Shown: in pieces, positions 24,254-34,336 of the stretch
How positions within the stretch are numbered: position 1 is the stretch's first letter
Layout: every line of letters starts with the position of its first letter
IMG/VR virus record: IMGVR_UViG_3300049172_000049
Coordinates: 1-43,681 of that record
DNA from: a virus
Lineage: Duplodnaviria > Caudoviricetes
DNA: 43,681 nucleotides
Direction: 5' to 3' (one strand)
The notes under the pieces: model-generated
What the model was told of the DNA's origin: nothing
Seen by the model: the letters and a program-made list of their open reading frames with translations, nothing else
Database searches by the model: none
Position numbers and translations under genes: made by a program

Positions 24254-26053
24254 TTACGCGGGCTCGAACAGCACCCACGCCACGACGGACGTTTCGGTGT
24301 TGCTGCTCGACGTGATCGTGAAACCGACGCCGGGGTTCTTCGTGACCGACAGGTGCCCGAGGGCGCCGCCCCCCGCCTGCCGGAACGGCGCGACGCGGGT
24401 GTTCGCGGTCACGGACGCGTTTGCCACGGTGACCGTTCCTGCGACGAGGGTCGAGACGCCCATGCGGGCGCCTGCGCCTTCCTTGATCGCGACGCCGCCG
24501 CCGGCCGAGCCGAGGTTCAGTGCCTTCGGGGTGCCGTCCCAGATGTTCCACACGCCGCCGGACTGCCCGGACGCCGCGGCGAGGTACCCGCCGACGTTCA
24601 GGTTCCCGCCGACGTCGGTCGGCGGGGCGAGCGCGTCGACCGGTGCCGCCGTCGTGCCGGTCCGCTCGGCGATGTTGAGCCCGCGGCGCAGCACGTCGTT
24701 CCCGCCGCCGTCCGACCAGGCTGCGGCAGCAGCGTGCAGGAACCCGGACGCGACCGAGACGTACGCGGAATCCTCGACGCGCACCCCGTACTGCGGCGAG
24801 TTGGTCTGTGTGCCGTCGTCGTCCACGCCGGGATAACACGTGATCATGCCGACGATCACGGGTACCTCGGCGCCGTCGACCTTGAGCCCGGCGTACCCGC
24901 CGCCGCCCGCGCCGTTGTTGCGGCCGTCGCGGCGAGTCAGCAGGTTCTCGATCTGCAGCGGCGGGTTCCCGACCGCGTCGACCAACACACCGTTCTGCCC
25001 GTTGCGGTCCGTCGAGCAGCCCGACAGCAGCATCCCGCCCGAGCCGGTGCCGGTCGCCCAATCGCCGGTCAGGTGGTAGCCGTTGTCGACGTTCCACTCG
25101 GCGCGGCAGCCGATCGCGTGCGAGTTGGCCGCGTTGTTGATCTCGAACCCGTTCGCCCCGTTGCCGATCGCCTGGCAGTCGATCAGGGTGAGGTCGGTCA
25201 TCACCTGCATGGCGAACCCGTGCCACCCGCAGTTGTCGACCATGACGCGGTGACAGCGCCAACTGTAAGGGTGGAACCCGGCGTTGAACTCGGTATGGAT
25301 CCCGGCGCCGCTGACGCGCCGAACGGTGACGTCACGCAATCCGACGTTCTGAATGTTGCCCGCGGCCCGGATACCGTCGAGGCCCGGTGCCACCACGCCC
25401 GATCCGTCGATCATCACGTTCAAAATCCGGTGCTCGGCGCTGATCGTCGAGTACCCGCCCGTCGCGGCGTCGACGAGCGAGATCACTGCCGTGCCCACGA
25501 ACGACGGCAGAGGCTTGATGTAGCACGGCGGGTCGGTCAGGTTCGGCACGGTCATGAGGTTCGTGTGCGTGCCCTGCAGCGTGACCGCCGGCGGGATCGT
25601 GAGCGGTGCACTCGTCCGGTAGGCGCCTGCAGGCAGGTAGACGATGCCGCCCATCGGCGCCGCGGCGAGCGCTGCCTGAATCGCGGCGGTGTCGTCGGTC
25701 GCGTTGTCGCCGACCGCCCCGAAGTCGCGGACGTTCAGCCAGTCCCGGACCGAGCCGGCCGCCGCCTCGTCGGTGCCGATGTTGTGCGCCTCGATCCACG
25801 CGCGCGAGCTGCCGCCTGCGTCGGCCCACATGCCCTCGACGCCGTCGGGCCCGAAGAACCGAGGCAGGAACCCGTACTCGTCGGTCGTGACTGTCGTGAT
25901 CGGCATGCTGCCCGCGTCGAGCAGATCGGCGTACGCCGTGCCGCCGGTCGACGAGTCGTAGAAGGTGACGACCGAGCTAGCCGCCACCCCCCACAGACCG
26001 TCGGACGGGCGCACGACAAAGTCGCCGATCCCCGCGCCGAACTCGTACCGCAT
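24254..26053 (-). CDS. Tailspike / receptor-binding protein with pectate-lyase-like beta-helix
   Basis: WLNVRDFGAVGDNATDDTAAIQAAL...VYLPAGAY followed by N/G-rich beta-helix repeats. Confidence 0.85.
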   Translation of the reverse strand: MRYEFGAGIGDFVVRPSDGLWGVAASSVVTFYDSSTGGTAYADLLDAGSMPITTVTTDEYGFLPRFFGPDGVEGMWADAGGSSRAWIEAHNIGTDEAAAGSVRDWLNVRDFGAVGDNATDDTAAIQAALAAAPMGGIVYLPAGAYRTSAPLTIPPAVTLQGTHTNLMTVPNLTDPPCYIKPLPSFVGTAVISLVDAATGGYSTISAEHRILNVMIDGSGVVAPGLDGIRAAGNIQNVGLRDVTVRRVSGAGIHTEFNAGFHPYSWRCHRVMVDNCGWHGFAMQVMTDLTLIDCQAIGNGANGFEINNAANSHAIGCRAEWNVDNGYHLTGDWATGTGSGGMLLSGCSTDRNGQNGVLVDAVGNPPLQIENLLTRRDGRNNGAGGGGYAGLKVDGAEVPVIVGMITCYPGVDDDGTQTNSPQYGVRVEDSAYVSVASGFLHAAAAAWSDGGGNDVLRRGLNIAERTGTTAAPVDALAPPTDVGGNLNVGGYLAAASGQSGGVWNIWDGTPKALNLGSAGGGVAIKEGAGARMGVSTLVAGTVTVANASVTANTRVAPFRQAGGGALGHLSVTKNPGVGFTITSSSNTETSVVAWVLFEPA

Positions 26054-26055
26054 GG

Positions 26056-26997
26056 TCAGTCCACCACCCAACTAATGCCGGAACCGGGGAGCACGTAATC
26101 ACCCTTCGCGATGCTGGGATGGTTGACGAGCCACACCTGACCAGGGCGGTCCGAGGCGGCCGAGTAGATCTGAACGCGGCTGATCTCGACGCCGGTCGTG
26201 TATGCCATGGCGTACTGATCGCGGGTCGGGTGCCGGTAGGCGGCCGGGATCAGCACGGGCAGCCGCGACTCGTCGCTGCCCGCGAGGGTGCCCGCCGCGC
26301 GCTGGAACGAGCCGAGGCGCAAGTGCACGTTGCCGTTGCGCTTCTGCAGCACGCTCTCGGTTCCGACGGTCCACGCGGACAACGGGGAGTTGACGCCGAT
26401 CACGCCCGAGTCGTCGAACAGGCCGGCCCACGCGTCACCGGTCCACACCCGCACGCGCCCGGTGTTCGTCTCGAAACACATCTCGCCCGGCGCCGGGTTG
26501 GGGTTCCTCGTCGACGAGGTGCACGGCCGGATGCGAACGCCGACGTACAGCTCGTTGCGGGCGACGGTGACCGAGTTCGCCCCGGACACGAGATTGACGT
26601 TCGCGAGCGGCACCTCGTACACGCCCGTGTCGCCCGTGTTCTGCGTGAGGGTGGGTGCACCGCCGCCGGGGGCGCCCGCTTTGACGACGGCGCGCACGGT
26701 CCAGTCGGCCCGGTCCAGCCGCAGCACGACACGGTCGACCCTCGTCGACCCGCTGCTGTTCGCGGTGACCGGCAGGTTCAGCGTAGACGTGCCGGACGTC
26801 CACGCGTGCCCGCGCACCGAGGCGTACACGTTGGCGCGCAGGTTCACAGAGAGGCCGGTGCCAGGTGTCACGACGGCGGCGTCGGCGGGCTCGCCGTACA
26901 CGCCGTCGCCGCTGAAACGGGCGGCGATCTTTTCGTACTCGGTGTCAGTGACCGCCCTGTCGTTGTGCGCCGGGCTCGGCCATGAGTCTTGAGCCAC
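26056..26997 (-). CDS. Minor tail/baseplate protein
   Basis: NSSGSTRVDRVVLRLD...YEVPLANV, position after the hub protein. Confidence 0.8.
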   Translation of the reverse strand: MAQDSWPSPAHNDRAVTDTEYEKIAARFSGDGVYGEPADAAVVTPGTGLSVNLRANVYASVRGHAWTSGTSTLNLPVTANSSGSTRVDRVVLRLDRADWTVRAVVKAGAPGGGAPTLTQNTGDTGVYEVPLANVNLVSGANSVTVARNELYVGVRIRPCTSSTRNPNPAPGEMCFETNTGRVRVWTGDAWAGLFDDSGVIGVNSPLSAWTVGTESVLQKRNGNVHLRLGSFQRAAGTLAGSDESRLPVLIPAAYRHPTRDQYAMAYTTGVEISRVQIYSAASDRPGQVWLVNHPSIAKGDYVLPGSGISWVVD

Positions 26998-27009
26998 GCG
27001 GAAGCCTCC

Positions 27010-28170
27010 TTATCGGGTTTCGAGCCGGCCGAGTCGGCGGCCGAGCGTGCGCAGGGCTTTGACCATCGCGGGATCGGTCGTCGCTTCCGGCGAGCCGATC
27101 AGCGTCGTCACGTATTCGCCCGAGTTGGGGGTCGCCTGCAGGTGGATGGAGCGCACAAGGTTCGCGATCTCGACGCCGTACGGAAGAGCGACGGTGACCC
27201 TGTCGCCGAGATCGAAGTCGCGGCCGGCCTTGAGATCCTCGGTGTCAACCGTGACCGTGGCGAGTTCGACCGGGGCGGCGCCGCCGGCGATCTCTTCCTT
27301 ACCGGCCTGCGTCAGTTCCCCGTTCGTGTCGTTCTCCGCCGAGCCGTCGACGTACTTCTCGACGCGCCACCAGGACGCAGCCGCCGCAGCGTCCGCGGCC
27401 TGCACGTACACGCGTCCCGTCGTGCCGGTCTCCGGTTCGGTACCGGCGATCAGCGCGTGCGTGACGTCCGGCGCGGACTGCTTCACTTGGATCGAGCGCA
27501 GGTTGCCGAGCCCGATACTGAACCGCGCCGTCGCGGTCAGATCGCGCGGCTGATAGCAGCCGAACAGGATCTGCGTCGCCGTCTGCCGCGTGCGGAACCC
27601 GATCGCGCCGCCGTCGACGGCGATGCGTCTGCAGGTGTCGAGCAGCGCCTCGAACCGCGTCTTGACGGTCGTCGAGGTGCCCACGCCGGCGACGCTGTCG
27701 AGCGCGAAGTTCGCGATGCGGCGCTCGGCGCGGGCGCCCGGCCCGCAGTTCTCATTGACCAGGGCCCGAATGATCGTCTCGGCGTTCGTGGTGGCGATCT
27801 GCCGGTACGTGTTGGCGAGCTGCGCCGTCCACGCGTTCGCCGGGGTGGGCCACGTGATGTAGCCGGCCACGATCGCGAGGTCGTCGGAGAAACTGACGGT
27901 GACCCGTCCCGAGCCCGGCGACTCGGTGACCGACCACGAGAAATCGGCCGGGATCTCCAGCGGGCCGGACATCCACACCGCGCCGTCCCGGATGAGCACG
28001 AGCCGGTTGCCGGGCTGCAGTTGGGCCATGATGTCCGGCCGTGCGGGCAAGTCGACGCTGCCCGAGCCGGGCTCGTTGAACTTCTTCGTCGCGTCGAGGT
28101 TCGTCCAGCCGTCGAGCGGGTCGCCCTGCACGTCGAGGTTCTTGTCGGTGATGAGCAGTTGCACGGCCAC
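27010..28170 (-). CDS. Baseplate hub / minor tail protein
   Basis: 386 aa after Dit, DFDLGDRVTV motif. Confidence 0.8.
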   Translation of the reverse strand: MAVQLLITDKNLDVQGDPLDGWTNLDATKKFNEPGSGSVDLPARPDIMAQLQPGNRLVLIRDGAVWMSGPLEIPADFSWSVTESPGSGRVTVSFSDDLAIVAGYITWPTPANAWTAQLANTYRQIATTNAETIIRALVNENCGPGARAERRIANFALDSVAGVGTSTTVKTRFEALLDTCRRIAVDGGAIGFRTRQTATQILFGCYQPRDLTATARFSIGLGNLRSIQVKQSAPDVTHALIAGTEPETGTTGRVYVQAADAAAAASWWRVEKYVDGSAENDTNGELTQAGKEEIAGGAAPVELATVTVDTEDLKAGRDFDLGDRVTVALPYGVEIANLVRSIHLQATPNSGEYVTTLIGSPEATTDPAMVKALRTLGRRLGRLETR

Positions 28171-28192
28171 CGGTTACGCCGCTCCCTTCGGT

Positions 28193-29173
28193 TCAGGCTG
28201 TCTCGTACCTCGGGTTGAATCGCAGATCGACGGCGCTGCCGGGGCCCGAGCCGTTCAACTGGAATGTCACCGGGTTCTTGCCGGGGGCGAGCCCCCACAG
28301 AACGGCGCTCGGCCAGTCGAGCGCGCCGACCCAGTTCGAACCGTCCTGGTAGCGCACGGTCGGCGGATCCGTGGAGATCGTGACTTGCTGGCCGGCGAGC
28401 AGGTTGCCGTGCCCGACCGCTGTCGGGTCGACCGAGAACGACTCGCCGCTGCCCTCGTGCGTGAACGTGATCAGGCTCGCGGGACCGGCGACGGTCCACT
28501 TCGGCCACACGATCACGTCGCCGGGGTTCGTGACCTCGGTCGCGCCGAGCACCTGCGACGACGAGATCGTCGGGTACGGCGTGAAGAACGAACTCAGGCT
28601 GCCGGTTTCCCGGTGCACGGCAACCTCGACCGGGTCGACCCAGTAAGGGTCTTCACACCACAGCGAGATCGCTGCGGCGTCCGAGACGATCCCGGACCCC
28701 TTCGAGCCGCGCCCCTCGAACCCCTCGCGGTAGTAGACGGCGATCCGCCGCCGCGTGCCGTCCGGCCGGGCGATCTCCAACCATCCCGGCGTGCGCTTAC
28801 CGTCCGGCCCTTCGCGCAGGGTGCGCGTGAACGCGGTCGCGAGCGCGCGCCATCGGCCGATGAACTCGACGTGCGTCTCGCCGTAGACGTACAGCGGCCA
28901 CACGATCGCCCTCGGCTGCGCACTGGCGTACCGCAGCCGCGCGCCGCCCCGAGGGTGCGCGTCGGTGGTCAACTCGTACGGCGTAGCGCCGAGCCCGGAC
29001 ACGCCGTCGGCGAGCGTGAACCAGCCGGCCGCCTCGTCGTTCAGCGGCCATACCTTGCCGGTCGGGTCGGTGTACGTGGCTGTCGCGAACCCGATCTCGG
29101 GTAGGGGGACCGGCGTACTGCCGCCCCCGCCCGTATCGGGCGGGGTGACTACCGGTGCGGTGATCAGCGGCAT
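28193..29173 (-). CDS. Distal tail protein (Dit-like)
   Basis: Follows the tape measure, CEDPYW, NPGDVIVWPKWTVAGP, LAPGKN. Confidence 0.8.
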   Translation of the reverse strand: MPLITAPVVTPPDTGGGGSTPVPLPEIGFATATYTDPTGKVWPLNDEAAGWFTLADGVSGLGATPYELTTDAHPRGGARLRYASAQPRAIVWPLYVYGETHVEFIGRWRALATAFTRTLREGPDGKRTPGWLEIARPDGTRRRIAVYYREGFEGRGSKGSGIVSDAAAISLWCEDPYWVDPVEVAVHRETGSLSSFFTPYPTISSSQVLGATEVTNPGDVIVWPKWTVAGPASLITFTHEGSGESFSVDPTAVGHGNLLAGQQVTISTDPPTVRYQDGSNWVGALDWPSAVLWGLAPGKNPVTFQLNGSGPGSAVDLRFNPRYETA

Positions 29174-32100
29174 TTAACGCGGCCTCCCCACCCGAGCGAG
29201 TGCATCCTGTCGCCGCTGCAGCAGCTCCAGGTCGCGCACGGTCATGTCGAGCGTGCGCGGATAGATGTTGTACGTGTGGCCCGAGTCGACGGCCGTCTGC
29301 CCGCCGCCGGACGGCAGCGCCGCCCGCACCGCCGCGGCGGCCGGTACTGCCTGCGGCAGGCTCCGGGCAACGTTCCGCACCACTGCGGCGCCGACCGCCG
29401 CGACCGACGAGTCGTGATCGATGACGGTCTGTCCGCCGCCGAACTGCAGCAGCTCGGGCCCGTTCTCGCCGACCCACGCCACCTCGCCGGGGCGCGGTCG
29501 GCCGCCGTCGGCGTAGCCGGCGAACCCGTACCGGTGCGTGAACAAGCCGCTCTTGTACGAGCGGGCGCGAGACCCGACGACGACGCCGTCGCCGCCGCGC
29601 GACTCGACGTTCACGCCGTTGATCGTTCCGGCGGTGTGACCGACACCTGAGTTCGTGATGCCGATCATGTACGGCGAGCGCCGGTTGAGCACCCAACCCG
29701 GCGGCGCCGTCCGGCCCGAGAACGAGCCGGTCGCCCATCGGCGGTGTGGTTTCTGCCCGCGGATCACGGACTCAATGGCCGAGACGAACCCGCTACAGTC
29801 CCACGACGGATTGCCATTTCCGCCCCACTGATAACGCTTCCCGTCCTGAGTGCGCGCCCACGACAGACCGGCCCGGTATCCCTTACCGCCGATCCCGGCC
29901 TTTTCCATCTCCTTATCGGCCTCGCCGGAATACCCGATGATCTCTTTGATCATGCGGCGCGGGACGCCGGTAATCATGTCGCGATAGGTCGACTTAGAAC
30001 CGGCGATCTTGTCGAGCAGCGGCCGCACAACGCGGTTCAGCCCGGCCTCGGCGGACGCTTTTACGCCGTCCTTGAGCCAGTCGAACCCGGCCTTTGCCAG
30101 GTCGACAGGCTTGGACACGGCGTTTTTCACCCATCCGAGAATGCCGCCCTTCGCGAACCCCTCGCCCTGGTACTGCGCGAGGGACTGACCGCGCATCGCT
30201 GCATGGTTGACCGCGAACAGTCGTGCCCGCTCGTACGGGTCGCTCATAGCCTCGGACACGTACACGCCTTCACCGCGGCGCATTGGCACGAGCTGATCGT
30301 CGCCCTGCCGGTACGACGACTGTCCGGGCAGTACGCCGCCGCGAGCGAACCCCTTGATCTTGTCGAGTTTGGGGGCGCCGAACGTTCCTGCAACGGCATT
30401 CCAGACCTTGACAATTCCGCCGTTGTAAACCGTGTCGATGATGAAAGCGACGGGGGTTTTCGCGATGCCCTTGACTTTGTCCCAGGCGATTTTGATCGCC
30501 TTGCGGGCCGACTCGAATGCGCCGCCCACGGCGCCCGTCGCCGATTTCAGCCGGTCGAATACGGGTTTGATCCCCGAGTTGTAGACCGTCGAAATTACGG
30601 ACTTGATCCCGGACAGGGCGGGCGACACGGCATTTTGCCAGAGCCATTTAAATACGCCGCCCACGGCGTTCAGCCCGGATTTCACGTAGCCGAAATACAG
30701 CTTGACCCCGGACCACCACCACGAGGCGAGCGTCACGATCCCGCGGAACGCCGGGGCGATCGCCTTGTTCCACAGCCACGATGCGGCGGCGCCGAGGGCG
30801 GACAGTCCGGCCTTGACGAACCCGAAATAGACCTTGACGCCGGCCCACCACCACGAGGCGAGCGCGACGATCCCGCGGAATGCCGGGCCGATCGCGTTGT
30901 TCCACAGCCACCCGGCGATCGCGCCGAGCGCCTTGAACGCGAGCACGAGCGGCGCGATCACGATCACGGCGAGGACGGTGAACAGGATCTTTCCGGCTGT
31001 GGCGATCGCCGAGAACACGGGCGACAGTACGGTCGACCACAGCCACACCGCGGCGGCGCCGATCGCCTGCAGCCCGATCTTGAGGTACTCGAACCCCGGC
31101 TTGAGCGCTGCGTTCCACAGCAGATCCCAACCGGCCTTGATCCCGGCCCACGCTGCCTGTACCCCGGTGCGGAACCAAGTGACCTTGTTGTACGCGACGA
31201 CCGCGGCCGCGACGAGCGCGAGGATCCCGACGACGATCAACCCGACAGGGTTCGCCGACATGACCGCGTTCAAGATGCCCTGCGCCACGGCCCACCCGCG
31301 GGTGACCGCGGTCGCCGCGAGGATCACGCCGCGGTAGATCGAGAACGCGGCGGTCATGCCCCACGTGGCGATCGTGGACGCGCCCGCCACGATGGCGACG
31401 CCGCCGATCGCGACGCCGAGCGGGATGAGCCAAGCGCCGTACTCGCGCACCCACTGCACGCCCGCGGCGAACGCGTCGCCGACACCCTTCGCGGCGGGCA
31501 CGAGGACGTTCACGAGGGCGCCGCCGACCGTCTGCGCGGGCGGCAGCACGTAGTCGTTCAGGAACGTGCCGAACGACTTGAGCGCGGGCAGCGCGTACTT
31601 GTCCGCGAAGTTGGCGAGCCCCTGCAGCGCCTGCCGCTTGAACACCTCGATCTGATTCGCGGCGGTGTTGTGCAGGGTCTTGCCCATCTTGTCGGCCGCG
31701 CCGCCGACCTTGCCGAGCCCGTCGGCCGCCTTGCTCGGGTCGAGCGCGAACAACGCCTGCCCGAGATCCTCGCTCTGCGTTCCGAAGAGCGCGACCGCCG
31801 CCTGCGACTGCAGAACCGGATCCTTGATCCCGCGCAGCCGGTCGAGGGTGAGGTCGAGCACGCCGTTCGCGGCCTTGCCACCCTTGGCGAATTTCGCCGC
31901 CATGTCGTCGGCGTTGAGCCCGAGCATCTGAAACCCGGTCGCCGTCGTCTTGCTGCCGTCGACCGCCCGGATCGAGAACTCTTTGATGCTGTCGGCGACG
32001 ATGTCGCCGTCGCGGGCACCCGCCTGCAGACCCTGATTGATCAGACCGATCGCGGTCGAGCCCGACAGGCCGGCCTTACGCCACTGCGTCGAGTACTCGT

Positions 32101-32710
32101 TGACCGTGTCGATCAGGTCGCCGGCCTTATCGGCGCCCGACTGGAACCCGGCCGTGAGTAGGTCGAACCCTTCCTTGCCGTTCTTGACGAGCCCGGTCCG
32201 GATGAGCTGCCCGACCGCCTTTGTCGACTCGCCGACATCGGCGTCGAACGTCTCGGCGAGGTTCAGCGCCGCCTTGCTGAGCCCGGCAAGTTCCTTCTTC
32301 GGAGCGTTGATCGAGGCGACGCCGTTCTGCGCGAGCGCCTTGAGCGAGTCGTTCACTTGGTCGATCGACTCGCCGTACCCCTTGGAGTACACCGAGCCCG
32401 CGATCTTCCCAGCGCGCGCCGACTCCTTCTCGGTGAGCCCGAGCTGCGCGCCCAACTTCGCGTTGCTCTTGTCCTGCGCGACCGCCTCGGCGAACCCGGC
32501 GGCGAACAGCACGCCCGCCCCGGCGGCGACGCCGACGACGCCCTTCTTCAGGGCGCCGCCCATGCCGCCGAGGAACCCCTGCCCGGCGTCCTGCCCGGCC
32601 GAGGTACCGACCCGCGCGGACTCGCCGCTGATCTGCTGATTGAGCAGCCGGCCGAACCCGCGTGCCTCGGGCACGACGGACACGTACCCGACGCCGACCT
32701 CGACCGGCAT
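29174..32710 (-). CDS. Tape measure protein with C-terminal NlpC/P60-like peptidase
   Basis: 1178 aa, Trp-periodic amphipathic repeats, RYQWGGNGNPSWDCSGFVS...GHTAG. Confidence 0.93.
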   Translation of the reverse strand: MPVEVGVGYVSVVPEARGFGRLLNQQISGESARVGTSAGQDAGQGFLGGMGGALKKGVVGVAAGAGVLFAAGFAEAVAQDKSNAKLGAQLGLTEKESARAGKIAGSVYSKGYGESIDQVNDSLKALAQNGVASINAPKKELAGLSKAALNLAETFDADVGESTKAVGQLIRTGLVKNGKEGFDLLTAGFQSGADKAGDLIDTVNEYSTQWRKAGLSGSTAIGLINQGLQAGARDGDIVADSIKEFSIRAVDGSKTTATGFQMLGLNADDMAAKFAKGGKAANGVLDLTLDRLRGIKDPVLQSQAAVALFGTQSEDLGQALFALDPSKAADGLGKVGGAADKMGKTLHNTAANQIEVFKRQALQGLANFADKYALPALKSFGTFLNDYVLPPAQTVGGALVNVLVPAAKGVGDAFAAGVQWVREYGAWLIPLGVAIGGVAIVAGASTIATWGMTAAFSIYRGVILAATAVTRGWAVAQGILNAVMSANPVGLIVVGILALVAAAVVAYNKVTWFRTGVQAAWAGIKAGWDLLWNAALKPGFEYLKIGLQAIGAAAVWLWSTVLSPVFSAIATAGKILFTVLAVIVIAPLVLAFKALGAIAGWLWNNAIGPAFRGIVALASWWWAGVKVYFGFVKAGLSALGAAASWLWNKAIAPAFRGIVTLASWWWSGVKLYFGYVKSGLNAVGGVFKWLWQNAVSPALSGIKSVISTVYNSGIKPVFDRLKSATGAVGGAFESARKAIKIAWDKVKGIAKTPVAFIIDTVYNGGIVKVWNAVAGTFGAPKLDKIKGFARGGVLPGQSSYRQGDDQLVPMRRGEGVYVSEAMSDPYERARLFAVNHAAMRGQSLAQYQGEGFAKGGILGWVKNAVSKPVDLAKAGFDWLKDGVKASAEAGLNRVVRPLLDKIAGSKSTYRDMITGVPRRMIKEIIGYSGEADKEMEKAGIGGKGYRAGLSWARTQDGKRYQWGGNGNPSWDCSGFVSAIESVIRGQKPHRRWATGSFSGRTAPPGWVLNRRSPYMIGITNSGVGHTAGTINGVNVESRGGDGVVVGSRARSYKSGLFTHRYGFAGYADGGRPRPGEVAWVGENGPELLQFGGGQTVIDHDSSVAAVGAAVVRNVARSLPQAVPAAAAVRAALPSGGGQTAVDSGHTYNIYPRTLDMTVRDLELLQRRQDALARVGRPR

Positions 32711-32713
32711 GCG

Positions 32714-33187
32714 TCATTCCCCCTTGGTCTGCGCGAGGATGTGCTCGTACGCCGCTTTCGCGCGCGCCTTGTCCTGCTCGCCCTGCGCCTCGTCGGGCAC
32801 CGGGTCGCCCGGCCGCCACGACGGCTTAGGCCACGGCAGCGCACTGCCGCCCTTCTTCGGGTCGCGGTTAGCGTTGACGAACGCCGTCAGCAGCAGCGAG
32901 AGCAGATCGCGGCTGTCGGCGGCCGCGTAGTCGATCTGCCGCCACGCGTGCCCGTTGCTCGCACGGGCTGTCGCCCCGTCCGGGGGCAGGTGCTCGACCA
33001 GGACGCGCAGCAGCCGCAGCGTGATCTCGCCTCGCCAGTAGGCAGCGAGCGGACCGCCCGGCCCGTAATCGGGGTAGTGGTGGGCGAGGTCCGCCTCGAC
33101 GGCCTCGGGGTGCTCGCCGAGGACGTCGAGGACGGTGTACGAGTAGGTCTCGACGACGTCGTCGCCGTCGCCTACCCCTTCGTAGGG
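32714..33187 (-). CDS. Tail assembly chaperone, post-frameshift (gpT-like) segment
   Basis: Open -1 frame ...VLGEHPEAVEADLAHHY...YWRGEITLRLLRVLVEHLPPDGATARA...PWPKPSWRPG with no upstream in-frame ATG/GTG. Absent from the ORF track. Confidence 0.8.
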   Translation of the reverse strand, partial: PYEGVGDGDDVVETYSYTVLDVLGEHPEAVEADLAHHYPDYGPGGPLAAYWRGEITLRLLRVLVEHLPPDGATARASNGHAWRQIDYAAADSRDLLSLLLTAFVNANRDPKKGGSALPWPKPSWRPGDPVPDEAQGEQDKARAKAAYEHILAQTKGE

Positions 33188-33504
33188 CGCACCTTCTGCA
33201 CCTTGTCCTGCGCCTCATTGCGGATGCCGACGTACAGCAGCATCACCGAGTTGACGTCACCGCCGGCCGCGAGGAACTCGTCGAACTGGTCGCCGAGCAG
33301 GATGCGCGCGCCGGCCTCGTCGCCCTTCGCCTCGTTGAGATCCTGCTGCATGTCGTCGGGCGTGAAGATCGGGTGCGGGAAGCTGAACACGGCGGGCGCC
33401 TCTTCGGGCCCGACCTCGAACTCGACCCGCTCGCCGCCGACCGCGTCGACGTACGAGCGCTTGACGGTCTCCAGCCGGTACCGCGCCTTGCCGGGCTTGC
33501 TCAT
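33172..33504 (-). CDS. Tail assembly chaperone (gpG-like)
   Basis: Between the major tail and tape measure genes, ILLGDQFDEFLAAGG. Confidence 0.85.
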   Translation of the reverse strand: MSKPGKARYRLETVKRSYVDAVGGERVEFEVGPEEAPAVFSFPHPIFTPDDMQQDLNEAKGDEAGARILLGDQFDEFLAAGGDVNSVMLLYVGIRNEAQDKVQKVRPTKG

Positions 33505-33606
33505 GATCGTGTCTCTCTCTCGGGTGAGCTGCGGGTGAGCATGTGAGGGCGAGGGGCGGTCGGGGCTCACCCAGAACCGCCGCCCCCCGCCCGATCAGGG
33601 GGGGCG

Positions 33607-34257
33607 TTACGGGGTCGCGAGGGAGCGCCACCCCGGCCCGTCGACCCAGTTGCGGCACGACGTGCCGACGGCCGAGTCGCGGTAGGCGTTGAAGGTGACC
33701 GGGCGCTGCGTCTCGGTCGACCTCGCCCACTGCTCGTCGTCCTTCGAGGTGAGCCGGGCGCGCGGGAAGAACTTGACGACGTAGATCTCTCCGCCGTCGT
33801 CGCCGTAGTCGAGCCCGATGAACAGCAGCCGGCGGAACGGGTTCGCCGGGCTCGCCGCCCGGTCCCACTGCCACGCGGTACCCATGGCGGGCAGCGCGCC
33901 GGTACCCGACAGCGGCAGTCCCTCGTACAGGGCGAGGGTCGCGGCGTTCGTCTCCTGCGGCGCGAACTGCGCCGACAGCACGTCCGATTCGACGTCCGAG
34001 CGGGTCGGCTCGACCGACTGCGACGAGGTCACATCGGACATGGACAGATCGGACGTGAACGTGAGTCCGTCGTCGGTGGTGTAGCCGACCGGCAGGTACC
34101 CGGCGGGGATCGTCGCGAGGGTGCCGTCGGCCTCGGTGAACGGAGCGGTGACCGCCGATGCCGAGTAGTCGGCGGCGAACACGGCCTGTACGAGCTGCTT
34201 GCGGATGTACTCGGTGTGCAGCCCGGTTTCGAGCGACACCGGGGTCGGTGTGGACAT
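33607..34257 (-). CDS. Major tail protein
   Basis: PVGYTTDDGL...PTRSDV...VTFNAY, SD GGAGG. Confidence 0.88.
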   Translation of the reverse strand: MSTPTPVSLETGLHTEYIRKQLVQAVFAADYSASAVTAPFTEADGTLATIPAGYLPVGYTTDDGLTFTSDLSMSDVTSSQSVEPTRSDVESDVLSAQFAPQETNAATLALYEGLPLSGTGALPAMGTAWQWDRAASPANPFRRLLFIGLDYGDDGGEIYVVKFFPRARLTSKDDEQWARSTETQRPVTFNAYRDSAVGTSCRNWVDGPGWRSLATP

Positions 34258-34336
34258 GCTGTGTCCTCCATGGGAAAACCCCCGGCCGTCGAGCGGTCCG
34301 GGGGCGAGTGGTCAGGGTTGGCGGGTGAGCGCGTGA

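Noticed and set aside
24254-26997. Diversity-generating retroelement or invertible tail-fibre switch
   Set aside because: No reverse transcriptase, invertase or template/variable repeat pair was seen.
22161-32161. Long plus-strand ORFs (22161-24026, 24203-26098, 26989-28218, 29744-32161 and similar elsewhere)
   Set aside because: Antisense shadows of real minus-strand genes, caused by stop-codon scarcity at high GC. No motifs or SD.
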